Part shown: piece after piece, positions 36,399-47,527 of the stretch | Position numbering within the stretch: position 1 is the stretch's first letter | Layout of the letters: each line of letters starts with the position of its first letter | Assembly (NCBI GenBank): GCA_030680605.1 | Contig: JAUXUQ010000012.1 | Location: 22,339 to 86,338, forward strand | Direction of reading: 5' to 3' | Length of the DNA stretch: 64,000 nucleotides | Source of the DNA: Gammaproteobacteria bacterium | Lineage (GTDB): Bacteria; Pseudomonadota; Gammaproteobacteria; SURF-13 | The notes under the pieces: model-generated | Told to the model about the DNA's origin: nothing | Databases searched by the model: none | The model's input: only the letters and a program-made list of their open reading frames with translations | Position numbers and translations under genes: made by a program

Positions 36399-36988
36399 GG
36401 ACGCCCTTCTTGTTCAGGGAAATCCTCTTTGTCGAGCCAGCCTTCAAGGCGCTGGATATACGGCGGCTCGCCGTTATCGAGAAACCACGAGTCAACCGCC
36501 CAGCGCTGCCCGCTGACCGACTCGCGGATCACGGCCGTCCAGTGCACATCCAGCACCCACTTCGAGCGACGCGCACGTTCCTGCAGCTCGTGCCAGCGCA
36601 GCAGTCCGTCTTGCTGCAACAGGCTGAGATAGCTGGTGGTGTTGGTGGATTCATCAATGCAATCCATCTGGCCCGGCAGGCCAGCACCGGCCACGTTGCC
36701 GCCCCGATCAGCCGAGGTACCGGCAAGGACACCGGTGAACTCCTCCAGTTGCGCGATGGCGCGCCGGATCATGGCACGCTCTTCTGCCGCCGAGGTGGCG
36801 GCCGGGGAAAACAGGGCGCGCGTGGACTGCCATTGCTGGTCACTGAGCCAGACAAACTGCCTACGGCTGCACTCGAAGTTATAGCAGACCTGCAGCCCCT
36901 TGAAGGCCGCGGCGTCTGCCTGCGCGCTACACACGGGTATTGCTCCGAGCAGGCAGCCCGTCACCAGCACGTATGGTATGCAGCTCAT
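36395..36988 (-). CDS. Secreted protein of unknown function, paralog 1 of a tandem pair
   Basis: Signal peptide, conserved Cys pair, conserved blocks [16 protein letters not shown] and [15 protein letters not shown] shared with the upstream paralog. Confidence 0.6.
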   Translation of the reverse strand: MSCIPYVLVTGCLLGAIPVCSAQADAAAFKGLQVCYNFECSRRQFVWLSDQQWQSTRALFSPAATSAAEERAMIRRAIAQLEEFTGVLAGTSADRGGNVAGAGLPGQMDCIDESTNTTSYLSLLQQDGLLRWHELQERARRSKWVLDVHWTAVIRESVSGQRWAVDSWFLDNGEPPYIQRLEGWLDKEDFPEQEGRP

Positions 36989-37599
36989 GACGCCGGCGGC
37001 TCCCAGCCGTCCTGCCACACCCGTAACGGCAATATAAACGGCGGTTCCCCATTATCGAGAAACCAGGAATCCACCGCGAACCGTTCTCCGCTCTCGTTGT
37101 CACGTATCACCGCCGTGGTATGCGGCCAGCCGAAGATGAAAAACCCACGCGTCACACGGTCTTGTACGCTGTGGCGAGTGACCAGACCCTCCTGCACCAG
37201 CATCGTGAGATAGCTGGTGGTATTGGTGGACTCATCAATACAATCCATCTGCCCATCTGTGCCTACGCCCTGAAAATTGCGCCCCTTGTCATTCAATGTG
37301 CCTGCCAATGGGCCGACCAGGGTCTCCATAAACGCAATTCCGTGCGCGATATCCCTGCGCTCATCCTCGGCAGTTTCAGCCGGCGATGAAAATCGATCGC
37401 GCACCTGCTGCCACTGCACAGGCGTCAGGGACACCTGCGTCACCTCGCGGCAGGTATGCCCGGAGCAGACTGAAAACCGTTCCGGCGCAGGGTCCGTAAT
37501 GATATCCCCTCGCACGAAGGTATCTGCATAAACAGACCCTATCCCCCACACGCTGACACCCCATGCCAGTGCGAGAACAAAACTGTTAACACAGCGCAT
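36985..37599 (-). CDS. Secreted protein of unknown function, paralog 2 of a tandem pair
   Basis: Signal peptide MRCVNSFVLALAWGVSVWGIGSVYA. Shares [16 protein letters not shown] / [15 protein letters not shown] blocks with paralog 1. Confidence 0.6.
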   Translation of the reverse strand: MRCVNSFVLALAWGVSVWGIGSVYADTFVRGDIITDPAPERFSVCSGHTCREVTQVSLTPVQWQQVRDRFSSPAETAEDERRDIAHGIAFMETLVGPLAGTLNDKGRNFQGVGTDGQMDCIDESTNTTSYLTMLVQEGLVTRHSVQDRVTRGFFIFGWPHTTAVIRDNESGERFAVDSWFLDNGEPPFILPLRVWQDGWEPPAS

Positions 37600-37605
37600 G
37601 GTGGG

Positions 37606-38058
37606 TTATGCCAGCTCAGTAAGCAGGCCGAGTGGATAGGTCTTGCCTGCACGATAATCATCGATACAACGCAGCACCATGGGGCTGCGCAACTGCTCAC
37701 CGAGCGCGCTCAGCTCATCGCGTGACAACCAGAGGGCACGCAGGATTCCACTGTCCAGGCTGCGCCCGGCCTCATGCTGCAGACAGGTGCCGCTGAAGCA
37801 CACACGCACGTAGGTTATGCCATTGGCCGGGCTGCGCCAGCGGTAAATCCCCACAATGGCCTGCGGCGCGAAATGCCAGGCCGTCTCCTCCAGTGTCTCC
37901 CGCACCACCGCTTGCAGCACCGTCTCGCCGTCGTCCAGGTGGCCCGCAGGCTGGTTATACACCACCCGCCCGTCGGCCTCCTCTTCCACCACGAGGAAGC
38001 GCCCCGCACCCTCCACCACCGCAGCCACGGTTATATGCGGTTTGTCGCTCATGGACAA
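37606..38058 (-). CDS. nudJ: Nudix hydrolase (NudJ-like)
   Basis: Nudix box AGHLDDGETVLQAVVRETLEETA. Same position relative to mnmA as in E. coli. Confidence 0.8.
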   Translation of the reverse strand: MSMSDKPHITVAAVVEGAGRFLVVEEEADGRVVYNQPAGHLDDGETVLQAVVRETLEETAWHFAPQAIVGIYRWRSPANGITYVRVCFSGTCLQHEAGRSLDSGILRALWLSRDELSALGEQLRSPMVLRCIDDYRAGKTYPLGLLTELA

Positions 38059-38088
38059 AAAATAGCATAAAACGTAGACTATCGAGCA

Positions 38089-38898
38089 ATGAATATAAGC
38101 ATCGTCGGGATTGTAGCGATTCTGCTCTACCTCGCGACAGGGTTGCTCCTCGCCCTGCGCCTGTCACACGCGACCACGACCCGGCCCAGCAAACTGGGGC
38201 TGATCGCCATGGGCCTGATTGCCACCGGCCTGCACGCCTCGGTGCTGCACTCCGCCATCAGCACCCCAGAAGGCCTCAACCTCGGCTTCTTCAATGCCAC
38301 CTCGCTGGTCGGCTGGTTTATTGCCCTGCTGCTGCTGCTCACCGCACTCGCCAAGCCGGTGGAAAACCTGGGTATCGGGTTATTGCCGCTGGCAGCGCTC
38401 ACCCTGCTGTTAAGCGCCATTTTCCCCAGCCGTCACCTGATGCTGACTGACGGTGTATTCACAGGGCTGGATGCCCATATTCTGATCTCGATTCTGGCCT
38501 ACAGTCTGCTCGGCATCGCCGCCGTACAGGCGCTGCTGCTCGCAATCCAGGACTCCCACCTGCGTGACCGGCATCCCGGTGGTTTCATGCGCGGGCTGCC
38601 GCCGCTGCAAACCATGGAGGATATGCTGTTTCAGATCATCTCGATTGGCTTTGCCCTGCTCAGCCTGGCACTGCTGAGTGGCCTGCTGTTTCTGGACAAC
38701 ATCTTCGCCCAGCACCTCGTACACAAGACCCTGCTGTCGCTGCTGGCCTGGGTGGTCTTCGCCACGCTGCTATGGGGTCGCTGGCGCTTTGGCTGGCGTG
38801 GGCGCACCGCCATACGCTGGACGCTTTCAGGCTTTTTTGTCCTGATGCTCGCCTACACCGGCACCAAGCTGGTGCTGGAAGTCATGCTGGGACGCTGA
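38089..38898 (+). CDS. ypjD: Cytochrome c assembly family inner membrane protein (YpjD-like)
   Basis: 269 aa, eight TM segments. Conserved partner of yfjD. Confidence 0.75.
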   Translation: MNISIVGIVAILLYLATGLLLALRLSHATTTRPSKLGLIAMGLIATGLHASVLHSAISTPEGLNLGFFNATSLVGWFIALLLLLTALAKPVENLGIGLLPLAALTLLLSAIFPSRHLMLTDGVFTGLDAHILISILAYSLLGIAAVQALLLAIQDSHLRDRHPGGFMRGLPPLQTMEDMLFQIISIGFALLSLALLSGLLFLDNIFAQHLVHKTLLSLLAWVVFATLLWGRWRFGWRGRTAIRWTLSGFFVLMLAYTGTKLVLEVMLGR

Positions 38899-39004
38899 CC
38901 ACCGCTCTGCCTGATGTGGCCGTGACAATGAGCTGCACCCACAACGGGTACGGTACACAGGCTATTTCAGCAACCTCTTTTCTCTGCCATACGGCCTACA
39001 CTCT

Positions 39005-40303
39005 ATGAATGATATCCCACTCAGCATTCTATTTAGCGCACTCACAGTGCTACTCTTCCTCTCGGCGTTTTTCTCCAGCGCAGAAACCGGCCTGCTCACA
39101 CTCAATCGTTATCGCCTGCGCCATCTGGTGAAAATCAAGCATCGCGGCGCGATGCGCGCCCATGCGCTGCTTCAGCGCACGGACCGGCTGATCGGCCTGA
39201 TCTTGCTGGGTAACAATCTTGTCAACAACTCCGCTGCAGTGATCGCCGGCCTCATCGGCCTCAAGCTATCTGGCGACGCTGGTGTCGCCATCGCCACCGG
39301 CTTGTTTACCGTCGTCATGCTGATCTTTGCCGAGGTCGCCCCCAAAACGCTCGCGGCACAGCACCCGGAACGCATTGCCTTCCCCGCCGCCTATGTGCTC
39401 GGCCCTCTGCTCAAAATCGCCTACCCGCTGGTGTGGCTGGTCAGCACACTGGCGAACGGGCTGTTGCGCGTGTTCGGCATCACCGCCACCAAGGGCGAAG
39501 AGCAGCATTTGAGTTATGAAGAATTGCGCACCGTCGTCAATGAAGCCGGCGCACTGATTCCGCAACGACACCAGAAAATGCTGCTGGGTATTCTCGATCT
39601 GGAAAAGGTGACGGTAGAAGACGTCATGATTCCACGCAACGAGATCACCGGCATCGACCTCGACGATGACTGGAACGATATCGTCACCCAGATTACCAGT
39701 TGCCCGCACACCCGGCTGGTGGTGCACCGAGGCGGCATTGAAAATGTAATCGGCCTGCTGCACCTGCGCGACGCCCTGCGCCTGCTGGCGCGCGACGGCC
39801 TCGACAAGGGGTCGCTGGTCAGCGTCACCCAGGAACCCTATTTTGTACCCCTGGGCTCGCCCCTCAATACGCAGATGCTGAATTTTCAGCGCCAGAAGGA
39901 GCGCGTCGGGCTGGTGGTGAATGAATACGGCGATATTCAGGGCCTGGTAACGCTGGAAGATATCCTTGAGGAGATCGTGGGCGAGTTCACCACCGGGCCT
40001 TTAACCGGTATCAAGGAGGTGCGACCCCAGGGCGATGGCAGCTATCTGGTGGACGGCAGCGTCACTATCCGCGACCTCAACCGCCTGCTGCACTGGCAGC
40101 TCCCTACCGACGGCCCTAAAACACTGAACGGGCTGATTCTTGATTATCTGGAAGCCATCCCGGAGCCCGGCACCAGCCTGCGTATCGGTAACTACCTGAT
40201 TGAAATCATCCAGATCACGGCCAATGCGGTGAAGACACTGACCATCAGTGTTCTCGCGGAACCCGAAAACAGAGAGGGGCAACCCAACACCACTGAAAAC
40301 TAG
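39005..40303 (+). CDS. CNNM/CorC-family transporter (DUF21, CBS pair, CorC_HlyC) YfjD/CorB-like
   Basis: 432 aa. N-terminal DUF21 TM domain, CBS pair, C-terminal transporter-associated domain. Confidence 0.85.
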   Translation: MNDIPLSILFSALTVLLFLSAFFSSAETGLLTLNRYRLRHLVKIKHRGAMRAHALLQRTDRLIGLILLGNNLVNNSAAVIAGLIGLKLSGDAGVAIATGLFTVVMLIFAEVAPKTLAAQHPERIAFPAAYVLGPLLKIAYPLVWLVSTLANGLLRVFGITATKGEEQHLSYEELRTVVNEAGALIPQRHQKMLLGILDLEKVTVEDVMIPRNEITGIDLDDDWNDIVTQITSCPHTRLVVHRGGIENVIGLLHLRDALRLLARDGLDKGSLVSVTQEPYFVPLGSPLNTQMLNFQRQKERVGLVVNEYGDIQGLVTLEDILEEIVGEFTTGPLTGIKEVRPQGDGSYLVDGSVTIRDLNRLLHWQLPTDGPKTLNGLILDYLEAIPEPGTSLRIGNYLIEIIQITANAVKTLTISVLAEPENREGQPNTTEN

Positions 40304-40352
40304 GCAAGACGGGCACAGCCCGTCTTGCCTAATCCGCCTTATTTTTTCTTTT
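40303..40352. terminator. Bidirectional rho-independent terminator
   Basis: Perfect 12-bp stem GGCAAGACGGGC acag CCCGTCTTGCC followed by a T-run on the plus strand. Sits between convergent yfjD and the small minus-strand ORF. Confidence 0.7.
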
Positions 40353-40422
40353 TAGCCGCGGGCTTTTTGGTTACCTTGGCCTTTGCTTTTGCTTTAGGTG
40401 CTGCTTTCTTTGCTGCTGGCAT
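40339..40422 (-). CDS. 27-aa Lys/Ala-rich peptide MPAAKKAAPKAKAKAKVTKKPAAKKKK
   Basis: ATG preceded by canonical SD AAGGAGG with 6-nt spacer. 50 nt downstream of the nrdB stop. Followed by the hairpin terminator. Confidence 0.4.
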   Translation of the reverse strand: MPAAKKAAPKAKAKAKVTKKPAAKKKK

Positions 40423-40472
40423 ACATACCTCCTTGCTGGATTGAAGTTAAACAACTACTACGGGTACAACAC

Positions 40473-41636
40473 TTAATCCCAACTCAGCGCACCACCGGTC
40501 TGGTATTCGGTGACACGCGTCTCGAAGAAATTCTTCTCCTTGTTGAGGTCCAGTACCTCGCTCATCCAGGGGAAGGGGTTGGTAGCGCCGGGGTACTGTT
40601 CAGGCAGCCCTATCTGGACGCAGCGCCGGTTGGCGATGAATTTCAGATAGTCATTGAACATGGCGGCATTCAGGCCCAGCACGCCACGCGGCATGGTATC
40701 CACCGCATAGCGGTATTCCAGATCCACACCGGCACGGATCAGCGCCGCAATCTCGTTGCGGAATTCCGGCGTCCACAGCTGAGGATTTTCCAGCTTGATC
40801 TGGTTGATGACGTCGATGCCGAAATTCATGTGCATGGACTCGTCACGCAGGATGTACTGGAACTGCTCGGACGCACCCACCATTTTGTTGCGGCGACCGA
40901 AAGACAGCATCTGTACGAAACCGACGTAGAAGAAGATGCCTTCGGTAATGACGTAAAAACCAATCAGGTTGCGCAGCAGGCGCTGATCTGCCTCCAGTGT
41001 GCCGGTCTTGAAGTTGACGTCACACAACTCCTGCGTAAACGGCAGCGTGAATGCGGCCTTGTCATGCACGCTCGGTATCTCGCGGTACATGTTGAACACC
41101 TCGGCCTCGTCCATCCCCAGGCTCTGGATGACGTACTGGTAGGCATGGGTGTGCAGCGCCTCTTCGAAGGCCTGCCGCAGCAGATACTGGCGGCACTCGG
41201 GGTTCGTGATGTGGCGGTATACCGCCAGCACCAGATTGTTTGCCACCAGTGAATCCGCCGTGGAGAAGTAGCCGAGGCTGCGCTTGATGATGGTGCGCTC
41301 ATCGGGTGTGAGCCCGTGCGGGTCCTTCCACAGCGCGATGTCGGCGGACATGTTGATCTCCTGCGGCATCCAGTGGTTGCTGCACGCTGCAAGATACTTG
41401 TCCCACGCCCAGGTGTACTTGAACGGCACCAGCTGGTTGAGGTCGGCGTGACAGTTGATGATCTTCTTGTCATCCACGCGAATCCGAGACGCCCCCATCT
41501 CCAGATTCTCCACACCTACTGCACCCGCATGCGCGGCCACCGGCGGCGAGTCCAGCACTACAGCATCCGCAACAGCAACAGCACCCTTGTGCACGGCAAG
41601 GTTTGCGCCGGAAACTGGTTCATCCCATCTCAACAT
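40473..41636 (-). CDS. nrdB: Ribonucleoside-diphosphate reductase beta subunit
   Basis: ORF 40473..41723, start refined to MLRWDEP.... Class Ia R2 iron-ligand residues and C-terminal tail. Confidence 0.9.
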   Translation of the reverse strand: MLRWDEPVSGANLAVHKGAVAVADAVVLDSPPVAAHAGAVGVENLEMGASRIRVDDKKIINCHADLNQLVPFKYTWAWDKYLAACSNHWMPQEINMSADIALWKDPHGLTPDERTIIKRSLGYFSTADSLVANNLVLAVYRHITNPECRQYLLRQAFEEALHTHAYQYVIQSLGMDEAEVFNMYREIPSVHDKAAFTLPFTQELCDVNFKTGTLEADQRLLRNLIGFYVITEGIFFYVGFVQMLSFGRRNKMVGASEQFQYILRDESMHMNFGIDVINQIKLENPQLWTPEFRNEIAALIRAGVDLEYRYAVDTMPRGVLGLNAAMFNDYLKFIANRRCVQIGLPEQYPGATNPFPWMSEVLDLNKEKNFFETRVTEYQTGGALSWD

Positions 41637-41713
41637 AACTTTTCTCCTGAAAATACAGTTGCGAGTAGCGAGTGGCGAGTAGCGAGGGAAAGCCTTGATA
41701 CTCGCTACTGTTG

Positions 41714-44596
41714 TCACTGACAAGCTTCACACTCCGGGTTGTCTATCGCGCAGGCCCCCACCAGCGCCGTCATGCCCACGGCGTTGAGCACACCCTCCTT
41801 GACGGTGGACTTCTCCACGTGCGTCGCGCCCATGGTGCGCAGGTAATAGGTGGTCTTGAGGCCGGATGTCCAGGCCAGCCGGTAGGTCTCATCCAGCTTC
41901 TTGCCGGAGGGTTCGGCGAGATACAGGTTGAGCGACTGTGCCTGATCAATCCATTTCTGACGCCGACTGCCGGCCTCGATCAGCCATTTCGGCTCGACCT
42001 CAAAGGCGGTCGCATACAAGGCCTTGAGGTCGGCGGGGATGCGTGCGATAGGCTGCACACTACCGTCGAAATACTTGAGGTCGTTCGCCATTACTTCATC
42101 CCACAGGTCACGCTCCTTGAGGTCGCGCACCAGGTAGGGATTGACCACGGTGAACTCGCCCGAGAGGTTCGACTTCACAAACAGGTTCTGGTAAGTAGGC
42201 TCGATCGACTGGCCCACGCCGCAGATGTTGGAAATGGTGGCGGTAGGCGCAATCGCCATGCAGTTGGAGTTGCGCATGCCGGTCGTTTTCACCTGCTCGC
42301 GCAGGCCGTTCCAGTCGAACTTGAGCGCGGCGCTGGGCTGCGTATCCATGGTCAAATGGCCGCCACGCTGCTCGGCCAGCAGGCGGATACTGTCGAGGGG
42401 CAGGATACCCTGGCTCCACAGCGAACCCTGGAAGCTGGGATAGGTGCCGCGCTCGGCAGCAAGCTCGGTGGACGCCAGGATGGCGTAATAGCTCACCGCC
42501 TCCATGGAATTATCGGCAAACGTCACGGCGGACTCTGAGGTATAGGGCAGGCGCAGTTTGTGCAGCGCGTCCTGAAAGCCCATGATGCCAAGACCCACCG
42601 GGCGGTGTTGCAGGTTGGAATGACGCGCCTGCGGTACGCTGTAGTAGTTGATGTCGATCACGTTATCCAGCATGCGCATTGCCGTGCGCACCGTACGCGC
42701 CAGTTTTTCCAGGTCGAGTCCGCGCTCACCGACATGCTGTGGCAGGTTGACGGAGCCCAGGTTACACACCGCGATTTCGTCCTTCGAGGTGTTGAGCGTG
42801 ATCTCGGTGCAGAGGTTGGAACTGTGCACCACGCCCACATGCTGCTGCGGGCTGCGCAGGTTGCAGGCATCCTTGAACGTGACCCACGGATGGCCGGTCT
42901 CAAACACCATGCTGAGCATCTTGCGCCACAGCGTCAGCGCCGGCAGGCACTTGAACACCTTCATTTCGCCACGTGCGGCCTTTTCCTCGTAGCGCACGTA
43001 GGCGGCTTCGAAGGCCTTGCCGCACAGGTCGTGCAGGTCGGGCGTCTCGTTGGGCGAGAACAGTGTCCACTCGGCGTTGTCATGCACGCGCTGCATGAAC
43101 AGATCCGGCACCCAGTTGGCGGTATTCATGTCGTGGGTGCGGCGGCGCTCGTCGCCGGTGTTTTTGCGCAGCTCCAGGAATTCCTCGATGTCGAGGTGCC
43201 AGGTTTCAAGATAGGCGCAGACCGCGCCCTTGCGCTTGCCGCCCTGGTTCACCGCCACGGCGGTGTCGTTGGCCACCTTGAGGAACGGCACCACGCCCTG
43301 CGACTTGCCGTTGGTGCCCTTGATGTGGGCGCCCATGGCGCGCACCGGCGTCCAGTCGTTGCCGAGGCCGCCGGCGTATTTCGACAACAGCGCGTTGTCC
43401 TTGATGGCGCTGTAGATGCCGTCAAGATCGTCCGCCACCGTGGTGAGGTAGCAGCTGGAAAGCTGCGAGCGCAGCGTGCCGGAATTGAACAACGTCGGCG
43501 TGGAACTCATGAAGTCGAACGAGGACAGCAGATTGTAAAATTCAATGGCGCGTGCCTCGCGGTCACTCTCCTTCAGGCTGAGCCCCATGGCCACACGCAT
43601 GAAAAACGCCTGTGGCAATTCGAAGCGGGTACCGTTGGAGTGCAGGAAGTAACGGTCGTAGAGGGTTTGCAGGCCGAGATAGGTAAACTGCATGTCACGC
43701 TCGGGTTTCAGCGCCGCGCCGAGACGCGCGAGATCGAATTCCAGCAGGCGCGGGTCGAGCAGTTCGAGTTTGACGCCGCGCTGCACATAGTGCGCGAGAT
43801 AGTCCGGGTAATGCTGCTGCATCTCGCCCTGGGTGGCAGTGACCAGGCCTTCGCCCAGAAAGCGCAACGCCTCGCGGCGCAACTCGTCCAGCAACAGACG
43901 CGCGGCGGCATAACTGTAGTTCGGCTCACGCTCAATGAGTGCGCGCGCGCTCATCGCCAGCGCGCGGCCGACGTCGGCCTCGGCCACACCGTCGAACAGG
44001 TTGCGCAGCGTGTCCTCGACGATGGCCTGTACCGACACCTCGGCCAGACCTTCGCAGGCCTCCTCCGTCAGGCGCTGCAGACGCTGCATATCGAGCGGCT
44101 GGCGGCTGCCATCGGGCAGGGTGATATGCAACGGCGCGGATGGCACCTCGGCCTGGGCGGCGGCCCCGGCCAGCTTCTCTTCGGCGCGCTCCCGGGCACG
44201 CTCCTCGCGGTACAGCACATAGGCGCGCGCCACCTTGTGGTGGCCCTCGCGCATGAGCGCGAGCTCGACCTGATCCTGAATCTCCTCGATATGCAGCACA
44301 CCGCTGCCCACATGGCGGCGGGTAATAGAGGTCGCCACCTGTGCGGCCAAACCACGCACGATCTGGTGGATACGCGCCGAGGCGGCGCTGTTACCGCCTT
44401 CCACCGCGATAAAGGCCTTGGTCAGGGCGACTTCGATCTTGACCGGGTCAAAGCTCGTAGCCTTGCCGTTGCGACGGATCACACGGAACTGGCCGGGGGC
44501 TGTCCCCGCCACATCGGTGCCGCCAGTCTCAGGGGGGCTCATATGTGCAGGTTCGGTACGGACTGCAGTGGATGGGGTAGTCTCTTTATGCTGCAT
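41714..44596 (-). CDS. nrdA: Ribonucleoside-diphosphate reductase alpha subunit
   Basis: ORF 41714..44674, start refined to MQHKETTPS.... ATP-cone ([18 protein letters not shown]), full R1 similarity. Confidence 0.95.
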   Translation of the reverse strand: MQHKETTPSTAVRTEPAHMSPPETGGTDVAGTAPGQFRVIRRNGKATSFDPVKIEVALTKAFIAVEGGNSAASARIHQIVRGLAAQVATSITRRHVGSGVLHIEEIQDQVELALMREGHHKVARAYVLYREERARERAEEKLAGAAAQAEVPSAPLHITLPDGSRQPLDMQRLQRLTEEACEGLAEVSVQAIVEDTLRNLFDGVAEADVGRALAMSARALIEREPNYSYAAARLLLDELRREALRFLGEGLVTATQGEMQQHYPDYLAHYVQRGVKLELLDPRLLEFDLARLGAALKPERDMQFTYLGLQTLYDRYFLHSNGTRFELPQAFFMRVAMGLSLKESDREARAIEFYNLLSSFDFMSSTPTLFNSGTLRSQLSSCYLTTVADDLDGIYSAIKDNALLSKYAGGLGNDWTPVRAMGAHIKGTNGKSQGVVPFLKVANDTAVAVNQGGKRKGAVCAYLETWHLDIEEFLELRKNTGDERRRTHDMNTANWVPDLFMQRVHDNAEWTLFSPNETPDLHDLCGKAFEAAYVRYEEKAARGEMKVFKCLPALTLWRKMLSMVFETGHPWVTFKDACNLRSPQQHVGVVHSSNLCTEITLNTSKDEIAVCNLGSVNLPQHVGERGLDLEKLARTVRTAMRMLDNVIDINYYSVPQARHSNLQHRPVGLGIMGFQDALHKLRLPYTSESAVTFADNSMEAVSYYAILASTELAAERGTYPSFQGSLWSQGILPLDSIRLLAEQRGGHLTMDTQPSAALKFDWNGLREQVKTTGMRNSNCMAIAPTATISNICGVGQSIEPTYQNLFVKSNLSGEFTVVNPYLVRDLKERDLWDEVMANDLKYFDGSVQPIARIPADLKALYATAFEVEPKWLIEAGSRRQKWIDQAQSLNLYLAEPSGKKLDETYRLAWTSGLKTTYYLRTMGATHVEKSTVKEGVLNAVGMTALVGACAIDNPECEACQ

Positions 44597-44736
44597 ATTG
44601 TTTCCCCTTGGTAAAGCGGGCACTGTCGTGACAATGCCACATAAGTCTTTGAATATATTGGATAGTTCATCCAATCACCGCGAACAGCAACCATCGGACC
44701 TGATGGCCTTTTTGCAGGATACGCACTTGGCGCAAA

Positions 44737-44784
44737 CCACTACAAGATGGGCGTCACAGGATGTGATGACACTACATCTTGTAG
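44737..44784 (-). promoter_or_regulatory. Two (A/C)CACTACA half-sites 32 bp apart inside nested palindromes upstream of nrdA; candidate NrdR boxes
   Basis: CCACTACAAGATGGGC and ACACTACATCTTGTAG resemble the left half of the NrdR box consensus ACACTATATATAGTGT. Spacing about 3 helical turns. Confidence 0.35.
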
Positions 44785-44885
44785 TCGATGGCTGTCAAGG
44801 AGATTTGAGGGGAAATATGGCAGCGGCTATTACCGCCGCCCAAAGCCACGCCAGGCTGGCTGAAGTGGCCCCGAACGCTGCGGGC

Positions 44886-47462
44886 TCAGCGCTTCTTAAA
44901 CACCAGCTGCCCGTTCTTCACGTCTACGGCGATGGTGTCACCTGGGGCAAAGTGACCGGCGAGAATCTCCTGTGCCAGCGGGTTCTCGATGCTGTGCTGG
45001 ATGGCGCGCTTCAGCGGCCGCGCACCGTACACCGGGTCGAAGCCCGCCGCCCCAATCTGGTCGAGGGCGGCCTCGCTGAGTTGCAGCCCCATGTCGCGCT
45101 CGCGCAGGCGCTGACGCAAGGTCTCAATCTGGATATTGGCAATGGCATGGATCTGTGCCCGCGCCAGCGGATGGAATACCACCACGTCATCAATACGGTT
45201 GATGAACTCCGGCCGGAAATGGTTGGCCACGATCTCCATCACCCCGCGCTTCATGGCCGCATAATTCTCCTCACCCGCCGTCTCCTGAATGAATTGCGAG
45301 CCGAGATTGGACGTCAGCACCAGCACTGCGTTGCGAAAATCCACGGTCCGCCCCTGGCCGTCGGTGAGGCGCCCGTCATCCAGCACCTGCAGCAACACGT
45401 TGAACACGTCATGGTGTGCCTTCTCGATCTCATCGAACAGGATCACGGAATAGGGTTTGCGCCGCACTGCCTCGGTGAGATAGCCGCCCTCTTCATAGCC
45501 GACATAGCCGGGCGGCGCGCCGATCAGGCGTGCAACAGAGTGCTTTTCCATGAACTCGGACATGTCGATGCGTATCATGGCGTCATCGGTATCGAACAAA
45601 AATCCGGCCAGCGCCTTGGACAGCTCGGTCTTGCCCACCCCCGTCGGGCCGAGAAACAGGAACGAACCGTTGGGCCGGTTGGGGTCGGACAAGCCGGCAC
45701 GTGACCGGCGGATGGCATCGCTCACCGCCTTTACCGCCTCATCCTGCCCCACCACGCGCCCGTGCAGAGCCTCTTCCATGCGCAGCAGTTTTTCGCGTTC
45801 ACCCTCGAGCATCTTGGAGACCGGAATGCCGGTCCACTTGGACACCACCTCGGCAATCTCTTCCTCTGTAACGGCATTGCGCAGCAGCTTTTTCTCCTGC
45901 ATCTCGGCCTGGGTCGCCATGTCGAGCTGCTTCTGCAGCTCCGGGATACGCCCATATTGCAGTTCGGACATACGCGCGAGGTCACCCGCACGACGCGCGG
46001 TTTCCATTTCGATGCGCGCGCGCTCGAGCGCTTCTTTTATGTGCTGGGTACCCTGCAAGGCCGCCTTTTCCGCCTTCCAGATTTCATCGAACTCGGAATA
46101 CTCATGCTCCAGCTTGGTGATTTCGCCCTGGAGATTCTCCAAGCGCTTACGCGAGGCCTCATCGGCCTCCTTTTTCAGCGCCTCACGCTCAATCTTGAAC
46201 TGAATCAGGCGCCGCTCGAGCTTGTCCATCACCTCCGGTTTGGAGTCGATTTCCATGCGGATGCGCGAGGCCGCCTCGTCCACCAGGTCGATAGCCTTGT
46301 CCGGCAACTGGCGATCCGAGATATAGCGGTGCGAGAGCATGGCGGCGGCGACAATCGCGGGGTCGGTGATGTCCACGTTGTGATGCAATTCATATTTTCC
46401 TTTCAGGCCGCGCAGAATGGCGATGGTGTCCTCCACCGTCGGCTCGTCCACCAGCACCTTTTGAAAGCGCCGCTCGAGCGCGGCGTCCTTTTCAATGTAT
46501 TTGCGGTATTCGTCCAGCGTGGTGGCACCCACGCAGTGCAGCTCGCCCCGTGCCAGCGCGGGTTTCAGCATGTTGCCGGCGTCCATCGCGCCCTCGGCCT
46601 TGCCGGCGCCGACCACCGTGTGCAGTTCGTCGATGAACAGGATGATCTGCCCTTCCTGCTTGGCGAGATCATTCAACACCGCCTTCAGCCGCTCCTCAAA
46701 TTCGCCGCGGAATTTCGCCCCCGCGATCAATGAGCCCATGTCCAGCGACAACAGGCGCTTGCCCTTGAGCCCTTCCGGCACCTCGCCATTGACGATGCGC
46801 TGCGCCAAGCCCTCGACGATGGCAGTCTTGCCGACGCCGGGCTCGCCGATCAGCACCGGATTGTTTTTGGTGCGGCGTTGCAGCACCTGGATGGTGCGGC
46901 GGATTTCGTCGTCGCGCCCGATCACCGGGTCCAGCTTGCCCTGCTCGGCACGCTCGGTGAGGTCGATGGTGTATTTCTCCAGCGCCTGCCGCTGCTCTTC
47001 GGCGTTGGGGTCGTCGATTTTCTTGCCGCCGCGCATTTTTTCGATAGCCTGCTCGATACTGCCCCTGGCCGCGCCGCTCTTGCGCAACAGCTCGCCCAGG
47101 ATGCCTTTGTCTTCCAGCAGCGCGAGCACAAACAGCTCGCTCGAAATAAAGTGATCCTTGCGCTGCTGCGCGAGCTTGTCGGTCACATTCAGCAGCCGCG
47201 TCAGATCGTTCGACACGTGCACCTCACCCGCCGCGCCTTCAACGCTGGGCAGCCGATCCAGTATCTCGCCCAGCTGCGAACGCAGGCGGTTGACGTTGAC
47301 ATCCGCCTGGGTCAGCAGGTGGCGCACGCTGCCGCCTTCCTGATCGAGCAGCGCCGTCAGCAGATGTGCAGGCTCAATGAACTGATGGTCGCGGCCCACG
47401 GCGAGGCTTTGCGCCTCGGCGAGCGCGGCCTGAAACTTGGTGGTGAGTTTGTCCATGCGCAT
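44886..47462 (-). CDS. clpB: ATP-dependent chaperone ClpB
   Basis: 858 aa. Two AAA+ modules (GEPGVGKT and GPTGVGKT), middle coiled-coil. Confidence 0.95.
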   Translation of the reverse strand: MRMDKLTTKFQAALAEAQSLAVGRDHQFIEPAHLLTALLDQEGGSVRHLLTQADVNVNRLRSQLGEILDRLPSVEGAAGEVHVSNDLTRLLNVTDKLAQQRKDHFISSELFVLALLEDKGILGELLRKSGAARGSIEQAIEKMRGGKKIDDPNAEEQRQALEKYTIDLTERAEQGKLDPVIGRDDEIRRTIQVLQRRTKNNPVLIGEPGVGKTAIVEGLAQRIVNGEVPEGLKGKRLLSLDMGSLIAGAKFRGEFEERLKAVLNDLAKQEGQIILFIDELHTVVGAGKAEGAMDAGNMLKPALARGELHCVGATTLDEYRKYIEKDAALERRFQKVLVDEPTVEDTIAILRGLKGKYELHHNVDITDPAIVAAAMLSHRYISDRQLPDKAIDLVDEAASRIRMEIDSKPEVMDKLERRLIQFKIEREALKKEADEASRKRLENLQGEITKLEHEYSEFDEIWKAEKAALQGTQHIKEALERARIEMETARRAGDLARMSELQYGRIPELQKQLDMATQAEMQEKKLLRNAVTEEEIAEVVSKWTGIPVSKMLEGEREKLLRMEEALHGRVVGQDEAVKAVSDAIRRSRAGLSDPNRPNGSFLFLGPTGVGKTELSKALAGFLFDTDDAMIRIDMSEFMEKHSVARLIGAPPGYVGYEEGGYLTEAVRRKPYSVILFDEIEKAHHDVFNVLLQVLDDGRLTDGQGRTVDFRNAVLVLTSNLGSQFIQETAGEENYAAMKRGVMEIVANHFRPEFINRIDDVVVFHPLARAQIHAIANIQIETLRQRLRERDMGLQLSEAALDQIGAAGFDPVYGARPLKRAIQHSIENPLAQEILAGHFAPGDTIAVDVKNGQLVFKKR

Positions 47463-47487
47463 GGCTGATTTCCGTTAAGGGTAGCGT

Positions 47488-47520
47488 TATAGATAGGGGC
47501 GCCTGCTGCCGTTTTAAAGT
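47488..47520 (-). promoter_or_regulatory. Putative sigma-32 heat-shock promoter for clpB
   Basis: Minus-strand reading: TTTAAA - 13 nt - CCCCTATCT. Sigma-32 consensus is TTGAAA N13-15 CCCCATNT. About 25 nt upstream of the clpB start. Confidence 0.35.
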
Positions 47521-47527
47521 GGCCCCG

